Below, one piece after another: positions 13,881 through 27,703 of a DNA stretch of 64,000 nt (positions are counted from its first letter, which is position 1; every line of letters begins with the position of its first letter). A program made the position numbers and the translations under genes. The stretch covers positions 33,480,001 to 33,544,000 of the forward strand of contig OX597818.1 of NCBI GenBank assembly GCA_951406725.2. Direction: 5' to 3'. The notes beneath the pieces are model-generated. The model saw nothing but the letters and a program-made list of their open reading frames with translations, searched no databases and was not told the DNA's origin. The stretch comes from Octopus vulgaris (taxonomy: Eukaryota).

Positions 13881-14134
13881 ATGTATATATATATATATAT
13901 ATATATGTTTCAGAAATGTTAGAGTACTGATTTATTTAATCAAAGTATGATCCATATTCATTTATGATGTTTACCCAACGTTTCTCTATGTCATATATTC
14001 CATATTTAAAAAAGATTCATCTTTTGCTGTGATAAACTGACTGAATACTTCATTTACCTCTCTATTCAATAATGTTTTATTACTTATGAAATGCTCAAAA
14101 TGTTTAAATAATTGATGAACAGTAAGAGAGATAT

Positions 14135-14890
14135 CAGGGGAACAGGGAGGGTGTTACAAAATCTCATAATTGCAACTTTTGAACCGTAGCTTGAGGAGTG
14201 TTAGGACGTGCATTGTCGTGGTGCAAAATTGGGTCATCTGTATTCACTAGTCTGGGTTACTTCTTTTTCAAATTCTCGTTCATACAATTAATTTCTTGGC
14301 AATACGATGTTGCTGGTACACTTTCTCCTTGTTGCAAAAATAAATAATGAATAACTCCCTTCGCAGACCACCATACAATGACCACTAACTTTTTAGGGTG
14401 CAATAGAGGGTTTGGGTAGTGTTTAGGTGACGCTCGTGCATCTAATCGCTGTCCTGTTCTCCTGCTGTTGTTACAAAAATTGTCTTTTTCCAGTCAAGAA
14501 AGCAATAAGGAGCGGACTTCGAGGCGCCTGCTTTTTTTTCTATCTCGTTCAGTTGATGTGGAACAAACCCATCCGTTTTCTTAAGTTTTCCAATCTCTTC
14601 CAGATGTCTAAAAACACTTCTGTGAGATGTTTGGGGTACTGATAAAAGTTTTCGAACCTTTGTCTTCGGATTTTGTTCAAACAAAGCATTTAATCCATCA
14701 TGCCAAATAACTGATTTTGGCCTACCTCTTGGTTTATTTTCAAGGCTATCATCTCCTGAACAAGAGCTTTGGAACCATCTCTGAACAGTTCTGATGACAA
14801 CAAAACCATTACTAAAGGCCCAGTCGATATTCCGTAGAGATTCTGCGACAAAGTGACTCAGTTTGTACTCATACAAGAAAATCACTCAAC
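14135..14890 (-). mobile_element. Decayed mariner transposase
   Basis: HTH region (IFLYEYKL...RTVQRWF...LENKPRGRP), a WVPHEL-like FVPHQL motif, and LHHDNARP at ~14200-14235. Frameshifted. Confidence 0.85.
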
Positions 14891-15559
14891 ATAGTTTTTT
14901 AGTCGTTGTCATTTTCATAAGGTCAGTGAGTACGAATTTTGTATACCAATATTGTTGAGAAAGAAAAAGAGTCAAGATTAAATGCAAGATATACATAACT
15001 GAGTTTTTAAATGACTGAAATAACAATTAAAGATATGACATTTCATGTGAAGCAACCTAATATATGTATGAATGCATGTATGTATGTATATATGTATGTA
15101 TATGTATGTGTGTATATATATATGCATGTATATGAGTGTGTGTATGATTATATATATATATATGTGAGTAAATATAATCATGCATATATACATACATGTT
15201 TGTACGGTGAGTGTGTGTTCTGTTGCTTTTTTGCTTTTGTTTATTAGAATTCTTTCAAACCTGTAAAACGATCAACTTGCCAATAGGGAAAAATCTCCTT
15301 CACTTGAACTTTTAAAAATTGTTACGTGTTACAGGATGTACTTTAGAAAAGACTTCATATTTTTTTGTTAAACTTGAAGATTGTATTTTAAAAGTGCATA
15401 TTAGCTTGTCTCTTTTCACATGTGAAAATTTTACATGTTGCCGATTATCACATAACATAGCAAATCAATATTTATTGGCATAAAATGCAGATTTCAAAGC
15501 CGTCGTTCAGAAACACTCTCTTCCTCGCAAATTTTGAAAGTCAACTCCACGACTATATA

Positions 15560-15644
<85 letters not shown>

Positions 15645-15752
15645 CGAGAGGTGTATGAAAAGCCTTGAGCCTCAAAAAACAAGACATGGTGTGAGACTTC
15701 TGATGAAGTTACAAGACTTGTTTAACGGACATTTTCATAGCATTTTTTAATT

Positions 15753-15823
15753 GCCTTGATAACTGACGAGATGCCGGAGCAGATTTCCGCCCCGACATCC
15801 GTAACTCGGAGTTTTATTATGGC
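15753..15823 (+). ncRNA. Degenerate type I hammerhead-like motif (GAAA changed to GTAA)
   Basis: GCCTTGATAA-CTGACGA-GATGCCGG..CCGACATCC-GTAA-CTCGGA-GTT-TTATTATGGC. Stem I pairs at 9 of 10 positions and stem III is palindromic. Confidence 0.55.
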
Positions 15824-15918
15824 AACCGAATAATTGTCACATATTATATTACAGATAAATTCCTCTATTTACATAATTTCGAGGTCTCAATCATACTTTG
15901 GTTGTCATACCATTACTA

Positions 15919-15964
<46 letters not shown>

Positions 15965-16384
15965 GCACTAGTTTATTTTTTGTCTTGGCATAGTAGAAGT
16001 TTATAGAGGGAACTTTCGACTAATATTTCTCATGATTATGCATGTACATGCAGCAACAGAGGTGCTGTTCATAGTTACGCCTGGAAGTCTATTCTGCTGA
16101 TGATATCGTAAGAGTCGTAATGAGAGATAGTGCTTCAATGACAACTTCTAAGCGGCTGCTGATCGTATGTTTTATATCTTTCACAAAAGACTGGAATAAT
16201 CGACATTTACAGTTGTAACTTGGGAGTTTAAAGGCTTCACAGATTGAACATTTTTTTTTTTAGATATTTCTTAGCTATTACTTGTTGCATGACTGCATAT
16301 GCATAATTTTACAGGTATGATGTGATGCAACAGTCAAGATTCCAATAATGCTACGCTTCATTTTAATGTTGTTATCCTTCTTAA

Positions 16385-16840
16385 GATGGTGAGATGGTAA
16401 ACCCGTTAGCACACGCGGCACAATGCTTAGAAGCATATCGTACGTTTTTCCGTTCTGAGTTCAAAGTACAGTGTGGTCGACTTTGCCTTTCATCCCTTTT
16501 GGGCTAGTAGAATAAGAAACAAGTGATTGTTGGAGGTGATGTAATTGACTTACCATCTCACCCCTCCAAAATATTGTTCGGCTCGTGCCAAAATCTGACA
16601 TCAATATTATCATCCTTCTTAAGGTTGCGAGTTGGCAGAATAATTTATAGGGCGGGTAAAATGCGGCATTTTACTTGTATTTACATTTTCAGTTCAAATT
16701 CTGTTGATTTTCACATTTGCCTTTCATTCTTTCGCGGGGTCGATAATATAAATACCAGCTAATCAGTGGGACTGAGGTAATCGACTTATCTTCTGTAGCC
16801 CCCAAATTGCTGGCTTTGTGCCAAAATTTGAAACCAATAT
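16385..16840 (+). mobile_element. Two adjacent diverged tRNA-SINE copies with a Nin-like central domain
   Basis: GAGTTCAAA...GTCGACTTTGCCTTTCATCC and a second similar copy. Same family as 42530-43590. Confidence 0.65.
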
Positions 16841-17989
16841 TATCATATATCTTAAATTTACAGGAAATGTACTCATGCAACGATTTTTGTGGTACGCATG
16901 CTTCTCTTCCAAATCTTCATTGAAGTGTGCTGCTGCTGCAGCTCTGGGTTCACACGGGTGAGAAGCAAGAAATGCCGGTGTACGGAATATTATTTACTTT
17001 GTTTCTGAGCACTTTATTGGTGTATTGATGTTTATTGCTTTATGTAGCAAGCGCTTTCTGATTGATATCATACGCACTCGAAGACTATTTGCATCGACAC
17101 GAACCCCCTGTCTCCATATGTTCTTTTGACAGAGATTCTCCTAAAGCATTGTTTTTGTGGAAGTTTTTGGTTGATGTTAAGATCTAGCGGGTTTTAGTAT
17201 CGATGAAGCAGAAAAATCTGCTTTTCCGAGTGTATATGGCTATAGAACATTCGTAGCTTGCGACAATACAGAGCACAGTTCTAGCATCTCGACAAGCAGA
17301 AACAATAAATAGACAAAGGTAAAATAATGAAATGATATAGAAAGAGCTTCTCATAGGTTATTGGCTTTATAAGATCATTCCAAGTCTATGTACGAGTAGG
17401 TGTGATCTGGTTTAGACATGGGCAATAATATTTAAAATTCTTTCTGTAGGCATAATGGCAGATTTATTGCTGCCGGTTGCAGTTACACCATACAGCAACC
17501 AAGAAGGAAATATTCAAGGATAAATAAAAACCCTCTGAAATTATATCAAACACAAATACCACTATGATTCTGAAACCAAAATATGATATTAAATCAGGGT
17601 TCTGCATTTTTATCAAGAGAAACGCCTCTAATTCTCCAGATAGATTTAAATCTAAATACTGGGTATAATTGTTCCAAATGGGTAAAGTAAGAAGCATGTA
17701 TGATGCATAAGGTTGCTATTAGAGCGTGAATACCCATGCAACATGTGATACAAGATTAGATTTCGCTACATAATGTGGAGTTAAGGAATATACGAGAAAT
17801 AGGGGCTGACGAGAAAAAGAAAAGAAATTAAAACAAAAGGAATAAAAACTAAGAAAGAAAAGAAATTAAGAAAAGATTTAAGAGGGAAGAGGGATGGGAC
17901 AGATATTAATGGGGTTCAAGCATCGTTTGAAAGGGCAGAGAGTAGTACGGAGGAAGAAGTGATATATAATATAGTATGTATTACAGAAA

Positions 17990-18305
17990 GTGAAGTCGCG
18001 TGGCTTAGTGGTTGGGTTATTCGCTTCACGATCGTAATTTCATTTCGATATTCGATGGCGTATTGTATCCTTGAGAAAGACACCATTTCACGTCATATAG
18101 TCTACGCAGTTGAAAAAAAAAATGAGTAGTGCCTGTATTTCAAAGGGTCAGCTTTCCCACTCTTGTGTCCATCTGAATCTCCAAGAGAACTTCGTTAAGG
18201 GTCCGCGTAACTGTGGAAGTGCTCATCCACCTTCACGTTAATTGCACGAGCAGGCTTTTCTGTTGATCAGATCAACTGGAACCCTTGTCGTTTTAACCGA
18301 GGGAA
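17990..18305 (+). mobile_element. Diverged tRNA-derived SINE
   Basis: A-box TGGCTTAGTGG. The 3' region is shared with 1116-1411. Confidence 0.7.
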
Positions 18306-18971
18306 TGTCAATTCTCACACGTACCGAAATACGATACCAATGCTGAGGGATAACGAAATTATCGGATGTTATTCTAGAGGCATTCAGATTTGGACATCAG
18401 GGATAGTATAAGAGAAATTTGGGAAATATTTGGTTTTGGTTTTTAAAGAGTCAACATGTCCGGTGCTATTGCCCCCCTCCCCTTGAACGTAGAAAATTCA
18501 TGATTCATCTGTGATAACGCAAGACCAAAACGGGTTGTGTGCTGCAATTCATTAACATAACAATTTAGTTCATGGATAAATAGGATTTAAATTACAACAA
18601 ACATATTTGTACATAAATTTATAATTTGTAACCAAATAGAGAACTGTTCTCCCTGGTCTGCTAAACCTATCATGAAAGGCATAATGCCTTCCTGTTGGTA
18701 CAAATCAATTTTTAAAAGGTTTTCATAGTTGCCTTTAAGATTACAAGAAAATGAAGAAGCCCAAAATAGTAAATAGTAAATTTCAAATATGAATGTTCTA
18801 TTCTAAAAACGCATACTGTAATATATCTAGTGCTATATATATGGTTACATATGCAATAATAGTTATATTATATATTTACATAATATATCTAGAAAAATGC
18901 TTATACAAGAAAATAACTTACGCTTACATTTATATATGCAATTTCTCTCTCTCTCTCTCTCTGTCTCTCTC

Positions 18972-19010
<39 letters not shown>

Positions 19011-19147
19011 TATTAGAGAGTTATCCACTATGTGGATAACTCTAGTGCTAAAAATAGCTCCGAAGCAACCACAGAAAAACCGTTTCCAACTAGAATCAAC
19101 ACACATTCAACTGAAGGAAAGTGAAATACAACGAATAAAATAGATTG

Positions 19148-19223
19148 ACTCTATACAATTGTTTCATTACTAATGCAATATGTAGTTTTACTTACATTTG
19201 CATCCATAAATCTTCGGTAGAGT
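19148..19223 (-). ncRNA. Type I hammerhead-like motif, array copy 1 (copy 2 at 19639-19714, also minus)
   Basis: The reverse complement reads ACTCTA-CCGAAGA-[long stem II]-GAAA-CAATT-GTA-TAGAGT. Confidence 0.7.
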
Positions 19224-20211
19224 TTGTCAGAAATGCAATTAATTAGATCGATTCGGGCGTCAAAAACACGAGCGGTCCAACCAATTACATTTTTAGTTAT
19301 GTCTCAAATTCCGCGCCAAGGCATGCCTAGACTCCATTGAAAACGTATGCCGCATCAAATAAAATATTGACTGCCGCGTAGTTAAATTTATAAAATTATA
19401 AATGAGGGTGAAAAATCGATATTAATTTAATAATACCGTCAATTTAACACCAAGTGGCTTAGCACAAAAAACTACGGAGAAAATACAAATTTATACATAA
19501 ATTATTAGAGAGTTATCCACTATGTGGATAACTCTAGTGCTAAAAATAGCTCGAAGCAACCACAGAAAAACCGTTTTCAACTAGAATCAACACACATTCA
19601 ACTGTAGGAAAGTGAAATACAACGAATAAAATAGATTGACTCTATACAATTGTTTCATTACTAATGCAATATGTAGTTTTACTTACATTTGCATCTATAA
19701 ATCTTCGGTAGAGTTTGTCAGAAATGCAATTAATTAGATCGATTCGGGCGTCAAAAACACGAGCGGTCCAACCAATTACATTTTTAGTTATGTCTCAAAT
19801 TCCGCGCCAAAGGCATGCCTAGACTCCATTGAAAACGTATGCCGCATCAAATAAAATATTGACTGCCGCGTAGTTAAATTTATAAAATTATAAATGAGGG
19901 TGAAAAAATGAGGGTGGATAACTCTCTAATAATTTATGTATAAATTTGTATTTTCTCCGTAGTTTTTTGTGCTAAGCCACTTGGTGTTAAATTGACGGTA
20001 TTATTAAATTAATATCGATTTTTCACCCTCATTTATAATTTTATAAATTTAACTACGCGGCAGTCAATATTTTATTTGATGCGGCATACGTTTTCAATGG
20101 AGTCTAGGCATGCATTTGGCGCGGAATTTGAGACATAACTAAAAATGTAATTGGTTGGACCGCTCGTGTTTTTGACGCCCGAATCGATCTAATTAATTGC
20201 ATTTCTGACAA

Positions 20212-20288
20212 ACTCTACCGAAGATTTATAGGATGCAAATGTAAGTAAAACTACATATTGCATTAGTAATGAAACAATTGTATAGAGT
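20212..20288 (+). ncRNA. Type I hammerhead-like motif, array copy 3 (further plus copies at 20706-20781, 21199-21274, 21692-21767)
   Basis: Stem I ACTCTA/TAGAGT (6 bp). Core CCGAAGA...GAAA. Stem II contains ATGCAA/TTGCAT and ATGTA/TACAT. Stem III is the palindrome ACAATTGT with a GUA triplet. Deviations: U4C and a U-U at the base of stem II. Confidence 0.7.
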
Positions 20289-22010
20289 CAATCTATTTTA
20301 TTCGTTGTATTTCACTTTCCTTCAGTTGAATGTGTGTTGATTCTAGTTGGAAACGGTTTTTCTGTGGTTGCTTCGGAGCTATTTTTAGCACTAGAGTTAT
20401 CCACATAGTGGATAACTCTCTAATAATTTATGTATAAATTTGTATTTTCTCCGTAGTTTTTTGTGCTAAGCCACTTGGTGTTAAATTGACGGTATTATTA
20501 AATTAATATCGATTTTTCACCCTCATTTATAATTTTATAAATTTAACTACGCGGCAGTCAATATTTTATTTGATGCGGCATACGTTTTCAATGGAGTCTA
20601 GGCATGCCTTTGGCGCGGAATTTGAGACATAACTAAAAATGTAATTGGTTGGACCGCTCGTGTTTTTGACGCCCGAATCGATCTAATTAATTGCATTTCT
20701 GACAAACTCTACCGAAGATTTATGGATGCAAATGTAAGTAAAACTACATATTGCATTAGTAATGAAACAATTGTATAGAGTCAATCTATTTTATTCGTTG
20801 TATTTCACTTTCCTTCAGTTGAATGTGTGTTGATTCTAGTTGGAAACGGTTTTTCTGTGGTTGCTTCGGAGCTATTTTTAGCACTAGAGTTATCCACATA
20901 GTGGATAACTCTCTAATAATTTATGTATAAATTTGTATTTTCTCCGTAGTTTTTTGTGCTAAGCCACTTGGTGTTAAATTGACGGTATTATTAAATTAAT
21001 ATCGATTTTTCACCCTCATTTATAATTTTATAAATTTAACTACGCGGCAGTCAATATTTTATTTGATGCGGCATACGTTTTCAATGGAGTCTAGGCATGC
21101 TTTTGGCGCGGAATTTGAGACATAACTAAAAATGTAATTGGTTGGACCGCTCGTGTTTTTGACGCCCGAATCGATCTAATTAATTGCATTTCTGACAAAC
21201 TCTACCGAAGATTTATGGATGCAAATGTAAGTAAAACTACATATTGCATTAGTAATGAAACAATTGTATAGAGTCAATCTATTTTATTCGTTGTATTTCA
21301 CTTTCCTTCAGTTGAATGTGTGTTGATTCTAGTTGGAAACGGTTTTTCTGTGGTTGCTTCGGAGCTATTTTTAGCACTAGAGTTATCCACATAGTGGATA
21401 ACTCTCTAATAATTTATGTATAAATTTGTATTTTCTCCGTAGTTTTTTGTGCTAAGCCACTTGGTGTTAAATTGACGGTATTATTAAATTAATATCGATT
21501 TTTCACCCTCATTTATAATTTTATAAATTTAACTACGCGGCAGTCAATATTTTATTTGATGCGGCATACGTTTTCAATGGAGTCTAGGCATGCCTTTGGC
21601 GCGGAATTTGAGACATAACTAAAAATGTAATTGGTTGGACCGCTCGTGTTTTTGACGCCCGAATCGATCTAATTAATTGCATTTCTGACAAACTCTACCG
21701 AAGATTTATGGATGCAAATGTAAGTAAAACTACATATTGCATTAGTAATGAAACAATTGTATAGAGTCAATCTATTTTATTCGTTGTATTTCACTTTCCT
21801 TCAGTTGAATGTGTGTTGATTCTAGTTGAAACGGTTTTTCTGTGGTTGCTTCGGAGCTATTTTTAGCACTAGAGTTATCCACATAGTGGATAACTCTCTA
21901 ATAATTTATGTATAAATTTGTATTTTCTCCGTAGTTTTTTGTGCTAAGCCACTTGGTGTTAAATTGACGGTATTATTAAATTAATATCGATTTTTCACCC
22001 TCATTTATAA

Positions 22011-22048
<38 letters not shown>

Positions 22049-22103
22049 CATACATATATATATATTTACATATGCATATACAACTATATCTGTATCTATC
22101 TAT

Positions 22104-22153
<50 letters not shown>

Positions 22154-22258
22154 GCATATACAACTATATCTGTATATATATATATATATATATATACAGA
22201 TATATATGTGTGTGTATGTATATTTATGAGTGTATTTACATATATATATACGTACATA

Positions 22259-22341
<83 letters not shown>

Positions 22342-23524
22342 TAGATAGATAGCTATAGATAGATGTATATACTCATGGATGGAGGGATGGATAGATACAT
22401 GTATGTATGTAAATATATATGTGTGCGTCTGTGTATGTGTGCTGGTGTATGTACATATAAACATACGCACACACAAACACAAAAACACACACATATCTAT
22501 AGAAAGTGAGACAACTATAGCATAGAAACCAAAGGACTTCCGTATCAAATCGTCTTAATTCTTTCGCTTAGCAACCCTTCTTTTTGTAGGACAGGTTTCA
22601 CTTGGAAACCGGATATTGGGATTTTGTCGACTGCACACCATTACGCGCATGTAAGGTTTCAATTCAAACAACTTGTTTATGATTACCACACCCTGTATCG
22701 TATCTCTTTCAATTCCGAATATCCCGCTGTCTTCGGCAATGGCAGCTTTCATTTATAGCATGCAATCAGATATCACCAGTTATTTCCTTTACTTGTTGCA
22801 AAGCTTCAATCAGGTTTAATCGCAATATTACATTCGATAATATCCTATGTCACTTTATCAGTAGAGTATTCTTTTTCTCCCACGTCTATCTTACCTCTCA
22901 CGTTATTATTCCGATGAATGTTTGCTATAAAATCAGGGTGGAACTTTTTCTTATTTAACGAAGTAATGTAATTTGGCATTTAGTACAAGGTGACCTTACT
23001 TTTAGCTTGGATCAATGTACGGCTTGTGTTTCATTATTGTTTCTTTATAATCTTTCACCAAATACTTTCGAAAGCAGATTAAAAATTCTTAGAAGTGAAA
23101 TAAAAACCATTTAGATTTCTGCTCGAGAAAAGAATCTGTCGTAAGTTGATTTGCAATATTTTTTGCATAGTATCTCCTCTGTATAAGTAAAGAACTAATA
23201 CCATTCTTATGTTTGTGTATGTATGTATGTATGTATGTATGTATGTGCGCGCGCGTGTGTGTGTGCGTGTGTGTATGAGTGTGGAACAAATATTTGTTTG
23301 TGTTAGCACTACCGCACGTAAACACATACATATGCACGTATGTGCAAGTTATCACATAAGTGTGGAGATACGTAGTTTTTATGTATACTGAGTATGTTAC
23401 ACATAGCTCACATCTATTTTCTTTCTTCCACCTCACTCTCTATTTTGTATCCTATCTAAATTAATTATTACTTAACCATCCTCTCACGCCGTCTCCGATG
23501 AAGTGATATAATATATATACATAT

Positions 23525-23580
<56 letters not shown>

Positions 23581-23582
<2 letters not shown>

Positions 23583-24942
23583 TTTCCGACCAGGAAGAAG
23601 CTGCTTAACTCAGCTCCTGCAGCACTATGACTGGGTGCTGAAACAACTGCTCAACCACTCAAATGTGGAAGTCATATATCTCGACTTCGCAAAGGCCTTC
23701 GATAAAGTCGATCATGGAATGATATGTCACAAACTGCGTGATCTTGGCATAGTTGGAAAACTAGGAGAATGGCTTCACGACTTTCTGAAGAATAGAAGTC
23801 AGGTGGTAGTAGCCAATGGGGCCACTTCCATTAGCACGCAAATAGTGAGCGGTGTTCCACAGGGCACTGTTTTGGGACCACTACTGTTCATAATGGCCCT
23901 CTCAGACATGCCCTCAGCCACGCGGAGAGCCACGATCACAAGTTATGCAGATGATACAAAAGTTTCACAGGCAATACAGAACCCTGAAGACACTAGGCAC
24001 ATGCAATATGAGCTGGACGAAATATACAAGTGGGCTGAAAAGAATAGCATGCAGTTCAATGCTGAAAAGTTTCAAGCTTTATACTATCAGCATGCAAAAC
24101 TGAATGCAATACCCAAGGAATACACTGGACCCGGAGGGATTGCAATCCCAGAGGCACAATCAGTGCGTGACCTGGGTATTCACATGAGTGATGACGCGAC
24201 CTTTCATGTACATGTTGCTAAACTGACAATGAAATGCAGACGGCTGGCTGGATGGATTCTTAGAACCTTTAGAACAAGAGAACAAGAAACCATGATGGTC
24301 CTCTGGAAGACACTTGCCCTAAGTCACTTTGACTATTGCTCTCAGCTATGGTCACCATCCAGTGTCAAGTTGATCACAGAACTTGAGGCGATCCAACGAA
24401 GCTACACGAAGAAGATAGCCTCTATGCAGAATGTAAGCTACTGGGAAAGACTCAAGAGATTAAAATTATATTCCCTGGAGCGTAGGCGGGAAAGATATGC
24501 CATAATATACATCTGGAAGATCCTGGAGGAAGTGTCCTGAACTTTGGCATCGAGAGTTACGCAAACGCCAGAACTGGGCGCCACTGCGTGGTGCCTAGGA
24601 CTCCAAACTTGCCATCAAGATGTAGGACAAGATTCTGTGATAGCCTGGGCTTCCGAGGCCCACAGCTCTTCAATATCCTCCCGATGAACCTGAGAGACCT
24701 GCATGGGGTGGATACAGATGTCTTTAAAATGGAGCTGGATCTCTTCCTGTCAGGTGTCCCAGATGAACCAACTTCACGGCAGGAGGGGCAGATGAGGGCA
24801 GCTGCATCGAACTCTCTCATGCACCAAATAGCAGTTGCTAGAAAGCCTCCATGAAGTGAAACCAAGTAGCAACACCAAATGGCGGTGCCCCAGCATGGCC
24901 ACAGCTCATAAGCTGAAACTGGAATTAATCAATCAATCAATC
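23581..24942 (+). mobile_element. 5'-truncated CR1-group LINE (RT domain, 3' UTR, (AATC)n tail) inserted in (TA)n
   Basis: GFRPGRSCLTQLL, YLDFAKAFDKVDH, SGVPQGTVLGPLLF, YADDTK and SLERRRER motifs. One frameshift near 24535. Tail AATCAATCAATC. Confidence 0.95.
23635..24540 (+). pseudogene. Reverse transcriptase ORF fragment of the CR1-group LINE (301 aa)
   Basis: ORF track; canonical non-LTR RT motifs. No endonuclease domain, because of the truncation. Confidence 0.93.
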
Positions 24943-24961
24943 ATATATTTATATACATATA

Positions 24962-25011
<50 letters not shown>

Positions 25012-25065
25012 AAAAACACAACAAGGCGAGGACGTGGAACAAATATAGTATTATTGGACGCTCAG

Positions 25066-25105
25066 GAAAGAAGGAACGTTTCGAGCGGAGCTTTTCGTCG
25101 GAAAG
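25066..25105 (-). ncRNA. Degenerate minimal hammerhead-like motif
   Basis: The reverse complement reads CCGACGA-AAAGC TCC GCTC-GAAA-C-GTT, with palindrome AACGTT. Stem I cannot form in this copy. Confidence 0.4.
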
Positions 25106-25424
25106 ATCCAGAGAAGGGAAGACAGAGGAGAAAAAAAACAGAAACAAAGAAAAGAAAAAAAAGATGTATATATATATATATACATACATACAAACACACG
25201 CACGCATTTACCAATGTATGTGCGTATGCTTGTTTTATACGTGTGTATGTATTCATGTATATGTATATACTTGTAACTTAATCTACGTATCAATTTTGAA
25301 GGAAAAATCCAAAAGAACAGTTACAGGGTAGCCAAATAAGTAGCAAAATAAGCGCCTCAGAAATTAGTAAGCACACTTGCGTGGGTATTAATTGGGAGAA
25401 GTGAGACGTGTTTTTGGAGAACAT

Positions 25425-25785
25425 GAGACAAACGCTTAAGATGCTATTTAAATCATGTATATCATCATATCACCGACATATGTTTCGATTGAAGCATTAA
25501 AATAAATCTGAGAGGAAAAATAATGTGCAAAAATGCATCAATCGCATCAGGAAAGCGATTATAAACAACAGTGCTCATCAAGAGGTCATTTTTACAGATG
25601 TAAGCAAAAGTACAATATATAATATATATATGGAAAACATAGGTGTTTATAATCTCGTCCCTGATGAGATTGATGCTTTTTCCACATTATTCTCCCTCTC
25701 GGATTCATTTTAATGCATCAATAGAAACATATGTCGGTGATAGGGTGGTATAAAATGATTTAAATATCCTCTTCAGCTTTGTCTC
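25425..25785. repeat. ~140-bp imperfect inverted repeat; each arm carries a type I hammerhead-like motif
   Basis: 25425-25567 is the reverse complement of 25644-25785. Plus motif 25655-25740: CTGATGA-GATTGATGC..GCATCAATA-GAAA-CATAT-GTC. Minus motif 25470-25558: CTGATGC-GATTGA..TCAATC-GAAA-CATAT-GTC. Confidence 0.8.
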
Positions 25786-25799
25786 CATTTTCCATTATT

Positions 25800-26892
<1,093 letters not shown>

Positions 26893-27204
26893 AACATATA
26901 TACATGTTTGTATGAGTGTGCGCGTATGTAGACGTTATAAATGCAGTAAGTTTTATGTCTATGTATTGTGAGAATATGGTTATGTGTATTTTTATCGTTT
27001 TGCCTTTTATCTTTTTTCCTACCCATTAGAGTAACTTACCTTCTATTCAACGGTTTCTCATAGCGTCTATTGCCATTAATAGCCGAGAATGCATCGTAGC
27101 TCTTCGCTCCGACATTTAGGACAACTAGCTGCTTGTCCTAAATTATACATATATAAATAATCCTCTATTTACTTCATATCGAGGTCTTATTCTTTTTTTG
27201 TCAC

Positions 27205-27247
<43 letters not shown>

Positions 27248-27323
27248 TGTCCAATTTACATGATAAGGAAATATACGTGTGTTTTTGTAGATAAACATAT
27301 ATATAGAGATATAGATAGATAGG

Positions 27324-27375
<52 letters not shown>

Positions 27376-27376
27376 G

Positions 27377-27409
<33 letters not shown>

Positions 27410-27433
27410 GTATATATATATAATATATATATA

Positions 27434-27491
<58 letters not shown>

Positions 27492-27703
27492 TAACAAAAT
27501 AGAAAATTGAGAAATACATCCCAATCAAATATCAATTACCAGATAATACCCAATCACATACTTTATTAAACCACCACATAAGAAACTTCAGGGTCGAACA
27601 TAATAATATATAACCAAACAGTGTACATAAAGGAGTAATTTGATACAATAAGTATAATATGTATAAGAGAATATAAATATAAATAAATATAAATATAAAC
27701 TAC

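Larger units (their letters stand above)
19006..22010. repeat. ~493-bp tandem array with internal inversion (~1.8 copies in one orientation, then ~4.25 inverted), one hammerhead-like motif per monomer
   Basis: The marker GTGGATAACTCTCT recurs at 19914, 20408, 20901, 21394 and 21886. 19006-19907 is the reverse complement of this unit. (TA)n lies on both outer flanks. Confidence 0.97.

Noticed and set aside
19017-19043. The hairpin in each 493-bp unit contains TTATCCACA/TGTGGATAA, a perfect bacterial DnaA box
   Set aside because: The context is eukaryotic repeat DNA with no bacterial genes. The 9-mer is part of the palindrome and most likely coincidental.
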